A stretch of DNA of 64,000 bases from Felis catus (lineage: Eukaryota). This document shows, in pieces, positions 13,330-25,007 of this stretch (the stretch's first letter is position 1; every line of letters begins with the position of its first letter). The notes under the pieces are model-generated. The model did not search any database. It had not been told where the DNA came from and saw only the letters and a list, made by a program, of their open reading frames with translations. The stretch spans positions 9,300,001 through 9,364,000 of the forward strand of contig NC_058368.1 in NCBI RefSeq assembly GCF_018350175.1, written 5' to 3'. The position numbers and the translations under genes were made by a program.

Positions 13330-13712
13330 AGTCTTTTGCTATTCTCCGGCCTGTTCTGGGGCACCCCTGCTTTCCCCTTCTGGGCCTCTGCATGCCACTG
13401 TCTAAGCTCCTCCATGCCACCTGTCACAGACACTGCCCACCACCTGCCACTGAGATCCCCTCCAGAACATCTGCCTCACAAAATTAGTTAATGCCCTGCA
13501 CACATTCCCACAGCACTCTGCATATTCACTGCCAGACGCGCCTCACATTTTACTGTTTAATTGTCTGCTTTGTGCAGTAGATTAAATTCCACGAGAGAAA
13601 CAGCTACGTCCTACTCATTGCTACATGCCCAGTACCTATTTAGCATATGGCCCCAAGTCCATAGTAGGTACTTGGTAAATATTTGTGGAATGAATGAATG
13701 AATGAATGAATG
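13330..13712 (+). mobile_element. L2 3' end
   Basis: CATAGTAGGTACTTGGTAAATATTTGTG followed by a (GAAT)n tail. Confidence 0.75.
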
Positions 13713-14167
13713 TCTAGTGTCCAGATCCAGCCTGACCCTCTTTAGCATGATCAGTCTCATCACCAAATATCACCATTCGCATATACTTGGACACAAAGCA
13801 CGATGGGACCACAGCAAGGTCAGCAGTTGGGGAAGCCTGGGGTTTAGTTCCCCAAAAGGCCAGGATCTGCTGACTTTTTCGGCAGGCGTGGTGATCCAGT
13901 CTTTCAGGAAGAATATGGCAAGGCGCCTTTAAAATCTCTCTTCTTGAAACCAAGAAGACAGTGACACCACTGGAGTGAGGGGGCATCCCACCATGACAGA
14001 GCATCTTCCGCAGCTGTAGCGATCAACAAAGGGTGTCTCAAGGATCTTAATTAAAATGCAGATTAGAGACTTCTCCTAAGGCCTGTTGAATCAGAATGTC
14101 TGACCCTGGGGTCCAGGGAGCTCTCTCTGTCTCTGTCTCTGTCTCTGTCTCTCTCTCTATATATATA

Positions 14168-14335
14168 TTTTTTAAGTAGGCTTCATGCCCAGTGTGGGCC
14201 TCAACTCATGATCCTGAGATCAAGACCTGAGCCGAGATCAAGAGTTGGATGCGTAACCAACTCATGTCCCGGAGATCAAGACCTGAGCCGAGATCAAGAG
14301 TTGGATGCTTAACCAATGGAGCCACCCAGGTGCCC
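14168..14335 (-). mobile_element. Short CAN-SINE with internal 56-bp tandem duplication, inside a MER5-like remnant
   Basis: Reverse SINE head GAGCCACCCAGGTGCCC; segment 14202-14257 repeated at 14258-14313. Confidence 0.85.
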
Positions 14336-14658
14336 TAGGGCTCTATATTTTTAACAAGCTTTATGTTAAAGCTGCATTTGGAGAAATTCTCCAGAATCAA
14401 AGCAGAATCCACTTTCTTCAAGATGGGATTCTGGCATGAGCCAGGTTGGATAGCCAGACTCTAGCCATGAGCTGGGGGGGATTTGAGGTTGTTTGTGGAG
14501 AGCTTGATAAACAATTTGAAAGCAGGAGGACTTTTTTTTGTTGTTTTTGGTATGTGTATGTGTATTTTGATTTTCTTGAATGCTTTTATTTATTTTCACC
14601 TTGATTCTTTTTCCTTAAAAAAATTAATAGACTTTAGTTTTTAGAAGAGTTTTAGATT

Positions 14659-14868
14659 AAAATTTTTTTTTTTAATTTTATTTTTGAGAGAGAGAGAGAC
14701 AGAACACGAATGGGGGAGGGGCAGAGAGAGAGAGGGAGACACAGAATCCGAAGCAGGCTCCAGGCTCTGAGCTGTCAGCCCCCGTGCGAGGCTTGAACCC
14801 ACTAACCGTGAGATCACGACCTGAGCTAAAGTCAGAAGCTTAGCCGACTGAGCCACCCAGGAAGCCCC
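14659..14868 (-). mobile_element. CAN-SINE
   Basis: TSD TAGAAGAG(T/C)TTTAGATT (14642-14658 / 14869-14885). Confidence 0.95.
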
Positions 14869-15296
14869 TAGAAGAGCTTTAGATTTACAGAACAATCGAA
14901 CAGACAGTATGAAGTTCCCATGTCCCCTTCCTCCCCACCACAGTTGCCCCTATTATTAACAATATGTGTCGCTGTGGTACACTGATTGTAACTAATAGTT
15001 GTAATTAACGAACCGATACTAAAACATTATTATTAACTAAATTCCATAGTTTCCATCAAGGCTCACTCTTGGTGTTACACATTCTGTGGGTTTTGACAAA
15101 TGCATAATCTCAGATATTCATCATGGTAGTATCGTGCAGAAATATTTTCACAGCCCTAAAAATCTGCTATGGTTCACCTACTTACCCCTCCTCCCTCCCC
15201 TGCACTCCCTGGTAACCACTGATCTTTTTACTATCTTTCTAGTTTGGCCTTTTCCAAAATGCCATATAGTTGGAATCATACAAAACATAGCCTTTC

Positions 15297-15425
15297 ACTG
15301 AGGGTTGATGGGGGGTGGGAGGGAAGGGAGGGTGGGTGATGGATGTTGAGGAGGGCACCTTCTGGGATGAGCACTGGGTGTTGTATGGAAACCAATTTGA
15401 CAATAAATTTCATATTAACAAACAA
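15297..15425 (+). mobile_element. Young felid L1 3' terminus (severely 5'-truncated)
   Basis: G-rich 3' UTR, GATGAGCACTGGGTGTTGTATGGAAACCAATTTGACAATAAA; perfect 17-bp TSD ACAAAACATAGCCTTTC (15280-15296 / 15426-15442). Confidence 0.92.
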
Positions 15426-17204
15426 ACAAAACATAGCCTTTCTACATGGGCATCTTTCACTTAGCGATATACATATAAGTTTCTTCCATATCTTTTCGTG
15501 ACTTGATAGCTCATTTCTTTTTATCGCCGAATATTATTCCATTGTAAATATGTGGCAGTTTGCTTATCCGTTCATTTATTGAAGGACATCTTGGTTGCTT
15601 CTAGTTTTTGGCAATTATGAATAAAGCTGCTATAAACATTTGTGTGTAGGTTTTTGTATAATTATGTCTTCAACCATATTGGGTAAATACCGAGGGGAGT
15701 GATTGCTGGATTGTACAGGAAGACTATGTTTAGCTTTGTAAGAAAGTGCCAAACAGTCTTCCAAAGTGGCTGTACCATTTTGCATTCCCACCAGAAATGA
15801 ATGAGAGTTCCTGTTGGTCCATAGCTTCACCAGCAGTTGGTATGGTCAAGTTTTCAGATTTTTGCCATTCTAAGAGTTGTCCGTGGATCGTTAGTGTTGA
15901 CCTTTGTTTCATTTCTGTTAGGAGTAATTTCACTGATTTTTCAAAGAAACAGCTTTTATTTTCATTGATTCCTGTTTTCAATTTCATTGTTTCTGCTTTA
16001 CTTTTTATTTATTTTTTCCTTGGTCTCAAGTTTATATTGTTCTTCTTTCTCTATTTTTCTAAGATGAAAGCTTGGATAATTAATTTAGGTCTTTCTTCTT
16101 TCCCAATATAGACACTCAATACTATAGGCTTCCTGCATTTTCATTTAGGTTCAAAATATTCTGAAATTTCTCTTTAGAGTTTTTCTTCGATTCATGTGAT
16201 AATTGGATGTGTGTTGTTTAATCACCAACTATTTGGGGATCTTCCAGCTATTTTTATGTTATTGATTTGTAGTTTAGTTCCACTGTGGTCTAAGAGCACA
16301 CTTTGTATGATTTATATTCTTTTAAATTCGTTAAGATGTGTTTTATGGCCCTGAAGGTGGTTTATCTCGAGAAATGTTCTACACAAGCTTGAGAAGAGTG
16401 TATATTCTGAGGTTGTTAGATGAAGTGTTCTATAAATGTCAGTGAGATCCAGGTGATGAACCTTGGAAATCAAGCCCACAAGACAAAGTCCCTGGCTGGT
16501 ATGTGGAAACCACTCATGTCCTTCCTAGACTGAATTGAAAATTCATTGAAGGGGAAAGGAATGACAAAGACCCAAAGAGGTACCAGAATTGATAGTACCT
16601 TCTGGAATCCGGGCATCTTGGAATTGCCCCTGTCATTTGCCAGGTCCACTAGTAAACCCCAAACATTTCCTTTATCTTCTCTTATGTACTTGTATATCTA
16701 GACATAGTCTCGCAAAACAAAAATTTTATGAGGGCAGAAGTCAGGCCACTCCACCCACAGGCTCAGGGTTGGCTTCGGTGAGGACAGCAGCTCCATGTCT
16801 TACAATATTCTACTGCAATCTACCGTGGAGATCTTGGGAGGCCTGTCTGAAGCTTCCAGACTGGCATACCTCAGCTCCCCCCCACCCTACCCTGCACTGC
16901 AAAATCCTTGAAGCTGATGGCTGCTACCCCAAGGGGAGCAACCCTACTATTCTTTTGCAAGGGCACTAGCTGAATAGCATTGCATGAGAAGGAGGGGGCT
17001 TCAATTCTTGCGGATGCAACGAGAAAGATGAAATACAAATGTAAACATTTTAAAAATATTCAGCATAGGAGTCAAGGAACCCTACCTTCAATTTACCTGC
17101 CTTAAAAACATGTATTCTGAAAAATGCTCAAATGGGCTTCTGGCCAAGATAGAATAATGGGGACCGGATTTCTCTTATCACCTGACATAACTAAAATCAT
17201 GTGA

Positions 17205-17765
17205 CACAACCAACTCACTCTATGTGCCTAAGAGGAATGAAATCATCTGTCCATACACATTCTGGAACACGAATGCTTGTATCAGCTTTGTTAGTAATGG
17301 CCTCCAAATGGAAACAACCCGAATGTCCACCAGGAGGTAAATGGATAAACAAATTGTGACGCGTCTTTACAATGGGATACGACGCAGCAATAAAAAAGGA
17401 ATAGAAATATTGATCTCTGCAACAACATGGATCCATTTCAAAACATCTATGTGAAGTGAAGGACGCTTGACAAGACTAGAGTTCATATTATATTTCTTTT
17501 AAATAAAATACATGAAAATGAAAACCAGTGTCTACCGACAGAAAACAGATCAGTGGTTGTCTGCGGAGCGTGGGTGGGTGGGAATGGGGAAATGAGAGGG
17601 TGGGATTACAAAAGGGCTGGGGGAAACTTTGGTGGGTCAGGGTTATGTTCATTATCTTGATTAAGGTGGTGGTTTCACAGGGGCACCCATGTGTCAAAAC
17701 TCACCTCTTTTCGCACTTAAAATCTATACAGTTTATCATAAGTCAACAGAGCTGCTTAAAAAATT
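17205..17765 (+). mobile_element. L1ME-like 3' UTR fragment
   Basis: TGGAAACAACCCGAATGTCCA...ATGGATAAACAAATTGTG motif, ending in an A-rich stretch. Confidence 0.75.
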
Positions 17766-17818
17766 GTTCTTATTCCACATTATCTTTTGTTGTTTTCCCC
17801 CTTAAAAAAAAATGTTCA

Positions 17819-17919
17819 GGGGCGCCTGTCTGGCTCAGTCGGTAGAGCATGCAACTCTTGATTGAGAGTTCGAGCCCCACACTGGGAGTTGAGTTTACTT
17901 TAAAAACAAACAAATACAG
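17819..17919 (+). mobile_element. Short ancestral-type CAN-SINE (tRNA-Lys-like head, no CT tract)
   Basis: GGGGCGCCTGTCTGGCTCAGTCGGTAGAGCATGCAACTCTTGA...GTTCGAGCCCCAC then A-rich tail. Confidence 0.85.
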
Positions 17920-17920
17920 T

Positions 17921-18138
17921 GGGGCGCCTGGGTGGCTCAGTCGGTTAAGCGTCCGACTTTGGCTCAGGTCATGATCTCGCAGTTCGTGAGTTTGAGTCCC
18001 GTGTCGGGCTCCGTGCTGACAGCTCAGAGCCTGGAGCCTGCTTCGGATTCTGTGTCTCCCTCTCTCTCTGCCCCTCCCCTGCTCATGCTCATGCTCTGTC
18101 TGTCTGTCTCTCTCTCAGAAACAAACATTAAAAAAATG
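17921..18138 (+). mobile_element. CAN-SINE nested in the tail of the preceding SINE
   Basis: TSD AAAAACAAACAAATA (from 17902 and from 18139). Confidence 0.93.
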
Positions 18139-18346
18139 AAAAACAAACAAATAAAGGCTCAGTTTCCTAAGTAATCAAAGAAATAAAAATTAAAACAAAA
18201 ATAAGATAAATATGATAGGGAGAAATAGGATAAAACAGGCAGAGAGGGAAAGATTAGGACCTGAGGCCCCTGGATGGGGAAAAACACATATTTTGGAACA
18301 ATGCTGGGAGCAAACTCTCTCTGGCATAAAGTTCCTCTTGAGAATG

Positions 18347-18487
18347 CGCGGCGCCTGGGTGGCTCAGTCAGTTAAGTGTCCGACTTCGGCTCAGGTCATG
18401 ATCTCATGGTTCATGAGTTCAAGCCCCTCATCGGGCTCTGTGCTGACAGCTCAGAGCCTGGAGCCTGCTTCAGATTCTGTGTCTCCC
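18347..18487 (+). mobile_element. CAN-SINE lacking its 3' CT tract and tail
   Basis: Head and body intact; stops at GTGTCTCCC and abuts MER21. Confidence 0.9.
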
Positions 18488-18489
18488 TT

Positions 18490-19526
18490 ACTTTTCTTAC
18501 TAGATTACCACTTTATCATAAAAGGATGTGATAAAGTTAATTTGTGTATTGAGACCCATAAAATGGAGGCTGCCCCAGTGGCCCTGCCCACATCACAAAT
18601 CTAAACCCGTGTCGGCCTTCATGTATAGGATGCACCTATTAAGGAATCCTGACATACACTAATCACAAGCCTCCAACTCAGCTTTAGCTAGTTTACCTTA
18701 ACCTAGAAAGTAAAACCTGCTGGCCTTAGAAGGAAATGTCCGGCCTCCTAGCCAACCACGCTCTGTTTCTGCACAGCCTCCCCTCTAATTCTATATAAAA
18801 CTCACTCTCGCCCCAAATCTTTCAGGAATAGTGCTTCACTGCTTGTGAGGCACTTACCCCTCCAATCTATGGATTGTTTTCCCTAAAACAAAGGATGTCA
18901 AACTCAGTACTAAGTTATTTTTCTCATTTGACAGGTATATCTCAGGAATAGTCCAATGGACGGGACGCACAGGGCAAGGTATGGGGGACTAGGCGGGGAG
19001 CTTCCGTGCCTTATGTGAGTGCACCACCCTCCCTCTCAACACCTCCAACCTGGACGCTCTCTAAACCCGTGGTTCAGGGATTTTTACGAAGGCTACATTA
19101 TGTGGGCATGATTAATGGTATGATCATCCATTGGTGATTGACGACATCCTCCTCCAACTTGATTGACGACATCATCCTCCAACTCTCCCTCTTCTCTCCC
19201 AAGGTCAAGGGATGGGACTGAAAGTTCCAACCCTCTAATCACAAGGTTGGTTCCCCTGGCAACCAGTCCCATCCATTGGTCTTTCCAAAAGCCACCTCAT
19301 TTTAACGTGAACTCAGGTGTCATTGAAATTTGTTATGAATAACAAAAGACACCCACTTCACCTTTATCCCCCCGAAGCTATTTCAGGAGCTGGGAACAAA
19401 ATTAAATATAACCAAAGATATCACCGTAGCTCTCATACAGAAAATTATAAGGGTTTTAGATGCCGTGCGTCAGGAACTATGGACAAAGACCAAAATGTGT
19501 GTTTCTTAGTATGTCACAATATCACA
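18490..19526 (-). mobile_element. MER21-family LTR (truncated), interrupted by a younger LTR
   Basis: TGAAAGTTCCAACCCTCTAATCAC...GGTTCCCCTGGCAACCAG and terminus TCACAATATCACA. Confidence 0.85.
18529..18933 (+). mobile_element. ERV1-like solo LTR nested in MER21
   Basis: TG...TTTGACA termini, TATATAAAA at 18792-18800, diverged 4-bp TSD GATG/GGTA; MER21 resumes in register on both sides. Confidence 0.7.
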
Positions 19527-20959
19527 ACCCTCATACACTTTTGGTGGGAGTAAGCAAGTGGCTCAACCTTTCTGAGGGCAGTTTGACAAAAAGTATCTAA
19601 AGCCTTAAAATGTGCCTAACCTTTTAAAACGTGCCAGTCTGTTTTAGGGAGTCACTCTGTGGATACCTCCTGTCTTAGAACATGAGAGAGACATAGTTTC
19701 AAGGGTGTTGATTCCAGCCCTATTTATATTTGCAAAAAAAGTTATAAACAATCCATATGTCAAACAACTGGAGATCGGCTAAATAGTTAATAATATGGTC
19801 ATGCAAAAAATAGGTTCTCCAGAAACAGACATGGAAACGCCTTGGGGGTACATATGTGGGAGGGAAACAGAGATGGCAGGATTGGTGAAAAGATCAGGGA
19901 TGTGGGCCCGGTAAAGCTTTGGCCGACCCGAGGAGGGGGCTCAGGCTGAAAAGGCCAGGGTGTTCGAACCTGCCCTCACTCAGCCACTGGATGTGAGCAA
20001 GGTGGCAGGCTAGGTGGCCCCGTGCAGCAGAGGCCTCCCTGAAGGAGCTGAAAGTTGGAGGGGGTCTGCTGACTGCACACGGCAGGGCAGCGCGTCCTTC
20101 CTCCAGGGCATCTGGCCAGCAAGGATGTCCCTGTGCACCACCGTCCTGCTTCTTTAATTCCGTATGGTCTGCTTCCTCTTCTCTTTTCTCTACTGACCTG
20201 CAGAGTCCGTCTCTTTATGAAGTATTTGTTTACTTTAGAAGTTACTTGTAGAAGCGTCTGGAGCAAAAATGCTATTGAAATTAACGGGAAAGACTGTAAG
20301 TAAAGGAGATTCTGGAGAGAATTCCGTGCAAAAAAATGATCGTTACACTCACTGTAACTTGAATCTGATGGGCCGGACAAAGGACGGTGATGAATAACCA
20401 TAGGAAAAGCAAACCTGAGAGTTCCCTCCTTTCCTAGTATTCCTGGGATGAGCCTTTGCTCATGAATGAAGAGCAGGGTTTCCCTCTCTGGGTTAGAAGT
20501 CATTGAATTGGCTTCCTACACTGTCCTCCTCCTGTCTGGATGTAGCCAGAGGCCCAGGGTATGGATGTATTTGTTTGCATTGTGGCGGGGGTTGGGGGGG
20601 GTGCGGGTTGGGAGGTGTTTTTACCAGGACCAAGGACACAGGACAGCCTGTGTCTGCTCTCTGCCTGGGGAGAGATAGGGTGACACTCTGGGACCAGCCA
20701 GTAGACAGAGCATAGAGCCCACCTGGGAAGAGAGAACATTAGTCTTAATAACATCAGAATTCTGGGTCAGGCAGTAAAAGCTAGAACTATTACAAAAGAG
20801 TACTGCTAATTATGGAAGGAGACATGGGCAGGTGGCTGTTTCTGTCTGAATCTCCATTAGAATCTTATTATCAGGCAATGAGTCAAATGCAGAGTAGTGG
20901 TTTGCTAAACATAAGATAAAAATAAACTAGAGTGAAGTAGTCTTTTCAAAAACTGGAAA

Positions 20960-21930
20960 TTCTGACTATGCCAAATATTAGCAAGGATGTGGGTCAATGG
21001 TATCTTTATTTTGCTGGTGGGAGTCTTGCTGTTAAAATATACGGACGCCATTTGGGATTCTGTCTCTCAGTGTTGGACATTTGCCTTCTCTGTATTTCAA
21101 CAGCTTCACCCCAAGAACGTACCCTCGAGAAACTCTTGCACATGCGCCCAGGAAATAATGTGGTACGATGTTCATAACAACACTTAGAGTGCAAAGCTGT
21201 ACACAATCCAAATGCCCACAAACTAGTGAATAGATAAATAAAATATGGGATATTATTTGGCAATAAAATGAAGTAGTGATTCATGCTACAACACAGATGA
21301 ACCTTGAAAACATTTCGCTAAATGAAAGAAGCCAGGCACCAAAGGCCACGTATTGTATGACTCTGTTTATACGATATGTTCAGAGTAGGCGGGTCTCTAG
21401 AAACAGAAAGTGGATTAGTGGTTGGCAGGGGCAGGGAGATTGAAGGGACTAGTAAGTAACTGCTAATAGATATAGAAAGTTCCTTCTTAGTGTAATATAA
21501 GTGCTCTAAAATTGACTGTTGTGATGGTTTCACAACCCTGTGAATAAACTAAAAACCCTTAAAGTGCACAGTCTAAACAGATAACTTGTGGGTGTGTGAA
21601 TTGCATCTCAATAAAACTGTTCACCAAAAAAACCCAAAAAACCACCCAAATGTCCAAGAACAGGAGGATGAATCTGTACAGTGTATATTTCTGTAACAGA
21701 ATATTGTACAACAATGAGAAAATGAATGAGCCACAGTTACATGCGTCGGCATGGGTAGATGTTGGTAACATGGTTGTAACACCGCCTGGGAACCTTGAGT
21801 GAAAACAGTAAGTCCCGGAAACTATACAGAGTGCAGTTCTCTTCTTAGAAAGTTCAAAAACAAAGTCAGACTAAGCTATCCATTATGTAGGTGAATATAT
21901 ACGTGATAAAACGGCAGTGAAAGTGAACGA
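20960..21930 (+). mobile_element. L1MB-like 3' end (about 21205-21635) nested in an L1ME-like fragment
   Basis: GATGAACCTTGAAAACATT...GAAAGAAGCCAG...TCTCAATAAAACTG terminus; older L1 resumes at CCCAAATGTCC. Confidence 0.75.
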
Positions 21931-22149
21931 AACAAGGGAATGGGTAAAATATGGTAGATACAAATGGGAGCCCTGGGGTCGGGAAGCAAAGGGGCAGGGA
22001 TGCTGAAGGACCGATGGCAATGGTATATCATGACTGCCAAGTGTTAATAAATCAAACTCGGGGTCCCCGCATGCTATTCGTTAACCATGAATTAACGGCA
22101 ACAGCGTTATGCGAAAGCTTGAAATGTGTTCATCGCTGTCGGTGCGGTC

Positions 22150-22325
22150 GGTATCTTATTTAATTTTCGTCAGGCCCTTACGAGTTAGGAAGTATTGCTA
22201 TTCCCACTTCATAGACAGGCAACTGAGCTTTAGAGAGTTCACACGACTAACAGTAGTGGAGCCCGAATCCGACTCCCCCGCCTGTCAGACTCCAGAGTCC
22301 TTGCGAGTTACTCTGTCCTCTACTG
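22150..22325 (-). mobile_element. MIR
   Basis: Core-like ATTCCCACTTCATAGACAGGCAACTGAGCTTTAGAGAG. Confidence 0.65.
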
Positions 22326-24639
22326 ACCACCCGCTACCCCGTCCAACCCGCCCCACAAGACAGCAGCTCAGACTGACCGGGTCCATCAGGCCCCCGAGCA
22401 GGATACCACCAGTGGGATCTGGGGGAGCCGTGGACACAGAGGGCTAAGGAATTTCCTGGCAGGATATTGCATCGAGTCAAAAAAGAACGCCTATTAGTTT
22501 GGGAGACGAAAAGAGCAATGAATCACGGGCTAATTCAGGGACGTTATTGGAAACCACTGCTGGAACAGAGAAACCTTCTAGGAAGCAGAAAATTAGGTGC
22601 AGAAAATTAGTGACGGCAAAGCCTCTGTGCCCAATTCGTGGGGCCGAGGGCTGAGCGCCATGGACCGCCATTCAAAGGAGCTTCCGAGTGGCCCTTGTCT
22701 GTTTCTGTCAGAGCTAGCCTTATTCCATCCAGAATTAAGTTGAAGAGTTAAGTGGCAGCTATGGAGCTGTCCTCTGCATTGAAGCTCACCTCACTCACCT
22801 CACTCACCTCAGGCGTCCTCTCCTCTCTGGTCTTCATTAGCCTAGAAGGTTCTCCGCTGACCTGAGTTTCTCATCCACACAGGGGAAGTGCCTTTGAAGG
22901 AGCCTCAGTGAGCTCTAGCGGCCTCCTCAGCACCAGTTAGGGGCTTTGTCAAATAAAACACTCAGGCCAGATTAGGGAAGGGCCAAGTGGGGAAGGGGAG
23001 CGGGGAGCGTGAGTGGAGTGAAGGAGTCTTTCCAGGCACCTGTTCGCCAATGCTCTTTGGATCAGTTCAGTGTTTCCTGCTCGTCGTCAGCCCACACACC
23101 TCTTAATCTACTTGAATTTCTGTTTTGAAAAGAGGGCGGGAAGAGATGTTGTGCAACACTTCAAGAGAGAAGCCCTGATAGACCCTAAGGGCATAGGCCC
23201 CCGGGGTGGTCTCTCTACTGTTCGACGCTGTGTCCGGAGAGCCGTCCACACTCTCTCAGAGCAGGGGGAACACGGACAGAGGGAAGGCAAGCCTTCAAGG
23301 GCACCGCGATACCAGATCACAATCCCAGAAGGGAAGAGGTTGACCCAGAGTCCGCACCACATGTCACTGACTATATTGACCCATCAGTTCCCGGTAGGGA
23401 ACGGTCCTTACGAGTGAGGGAGAAGTCCGAGTTCTTACCCTCAAGAAACTTGTATTACAGGTGGTGACACGACACACGGCGAGGCGAGGTTCATTTCCGC
23501 ATCACCAGCCAGGACTCGTTCGAGAACGCTACCATCCACCCGGAAAGCAGATACTCCGGGCTTCAGAGTGTAGGGAATATTCTCCTAGAATACCAGGCAA
23601 TATGTTCTTCTTCGATAACCACATCCGTGCTGTCAAAGTTTGACTATGGTCTCTGTCTTTGCCACCTGAGTTTCAGAAGTTACAGTTCAGGAAGAGCTCG
23701 GTGTGAGTCTTCACGGTTTGGAACAGGGCTCCATTTAACTAGATGAGCAATTATTAGCACCGTGGAGGCCTCCTGCAAAGCAGCAGCAATGCCAACGGTC
23801 TTGCTAATTGGATTGCTTTTTAGGAGCAGAAATGGGCTCTGGATAAAGGCCCTGAGAGCTCCTCCTGCTTGTCTGGAGTCTGGAGGACCAACGGAGTTTG
23901 TGCCCTCTGAGGGGCCAAGTCCTGCCAGCCAAAGCCAGATTAGTTTTGGGGGTGGCTCCCATATGTGAAAGCTTTGAACTGAAAAGGATTTGGTCTCAGG
24001 GAGACAGATGCTGCTCGCCTCGCCTCATTATCCGTTTTGGAAGACGGCATAGCATCTTCAGTCCTGAAAGACTTTCCGTGTGGACGAGACCCTCCCCCCG
24101 TTGTCCCCAGACACCCACAGGTGCCATCCAGAGGGCTCCCTGGCTCAACCCAAGGAGACTGATGGTGCTCTTAAGCCATAAGTGGGTGTCACAGCCACAG
24201 GTCTCCATAGCAACCTTTCACGCAGAAAGAAGGACATTTGTAAATATGCATTTTGCAAGCCCCCTTTTTCGATTTTAAATATCAACCTTTTGAGAACAAG
24301 TTGCCTTGCCAGCTCTGTTCTGCTACTAGAAGAGTGAGAACGTGGAGGCTTCTCATTCGCCCCGATTGCTCGCGGCTCACTGGAATCAATTGGTAGATGC
24401 CCCCTCGAGCACACTTTGTGGGCCCAGTGCCTCGCAAGGCAACGTTGCGGACACAGCAGGGAGGGAACGTATACCCAGCCCAGGGCTCACGCAGCACACT
24501 GTGTCTCCAGCAGCCACCGGACCACAGACCTCCAGGGGGCCTGGGCCCTGGGGCCTCTGGTGAGCAAAGCAAACTGCTTTGGCTGTTGCCCTTACGGGGC
24601 CCTCACCAGGGTGGGCAGTCGACTCACCAGCGGAGCTTT

Positions 24640-25007
24640 GGTAAGAAGATCCGTGGTTGCACAGGGTTGTAGGAAGTGGGGAGGGAGGGATGAACAGGTA
24701 AAGCAGAGAGGATTTTTAGGGCGATGAAAATACCCGGTATAATACCTCATGCCATTATACCTTTGTTCAAACCCACGTACAACACCAAGAGTGAACCCTG
24801 ATGTAAACTTTAGACCATGGCTGGTTATGACGCGTCAATGCAGGTTCATGAATTATAACAAATGTACCCCTGTGGTAGGGGATGTGGATAATGCGTGGGG
24901 GCATGGATAATGCATGTGTGGGGGCAAGGTATATGGAAATCCCTTTTCAATTTTTCTGTAAACCTAAAACTGTCCTGAAAAACCAGAGCTTTGTTTAAAA
25001 AAAAAAA
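24640..25007 (+). mobile_element. L1MC-type 3' end
   Basis: CAACACCAAGAGTGAACCCTGATGTAAACT...TTTTCTGTAAACCTAAAACTG plus A tail. Confidence 0.8.

Larger units (their letters stand above)
14615..16458 (-). mobile_element. L1MC1-like 3' UTR plus ORF2 remnant (internally deleted)
   Basis: Reverse L1MC 3' end (TTAATAGACTTTAGTTTTTAGAAGAG...CCCCTATTATTAAC), TTCCAAAGTGGCTGTACCATTTTGCATTCCCACCAG segment, ORF2 remnant 15900-16458. Confidence 0.8.

Noticed and set aside
17819..17885. tRNA-Lys-like sequence with A- and B-boxes
   Set aside because: SINE head with internal deletion and A-rich tail; no complete cloverleaf.
19976..20503. 175-aa minus-strand ORF
   Set aside because: No recognisable domain or supporting gene structure; length compatible with chance.
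24529..24542. CTCF-like motifs (CCTCCAGGGGGCCT; also 58076-58092, about 25549-25563 and about 63903-63917)
   Set aside because: Each has two or more mismatches to the core; unsupported without PWM scoring or ChIP.
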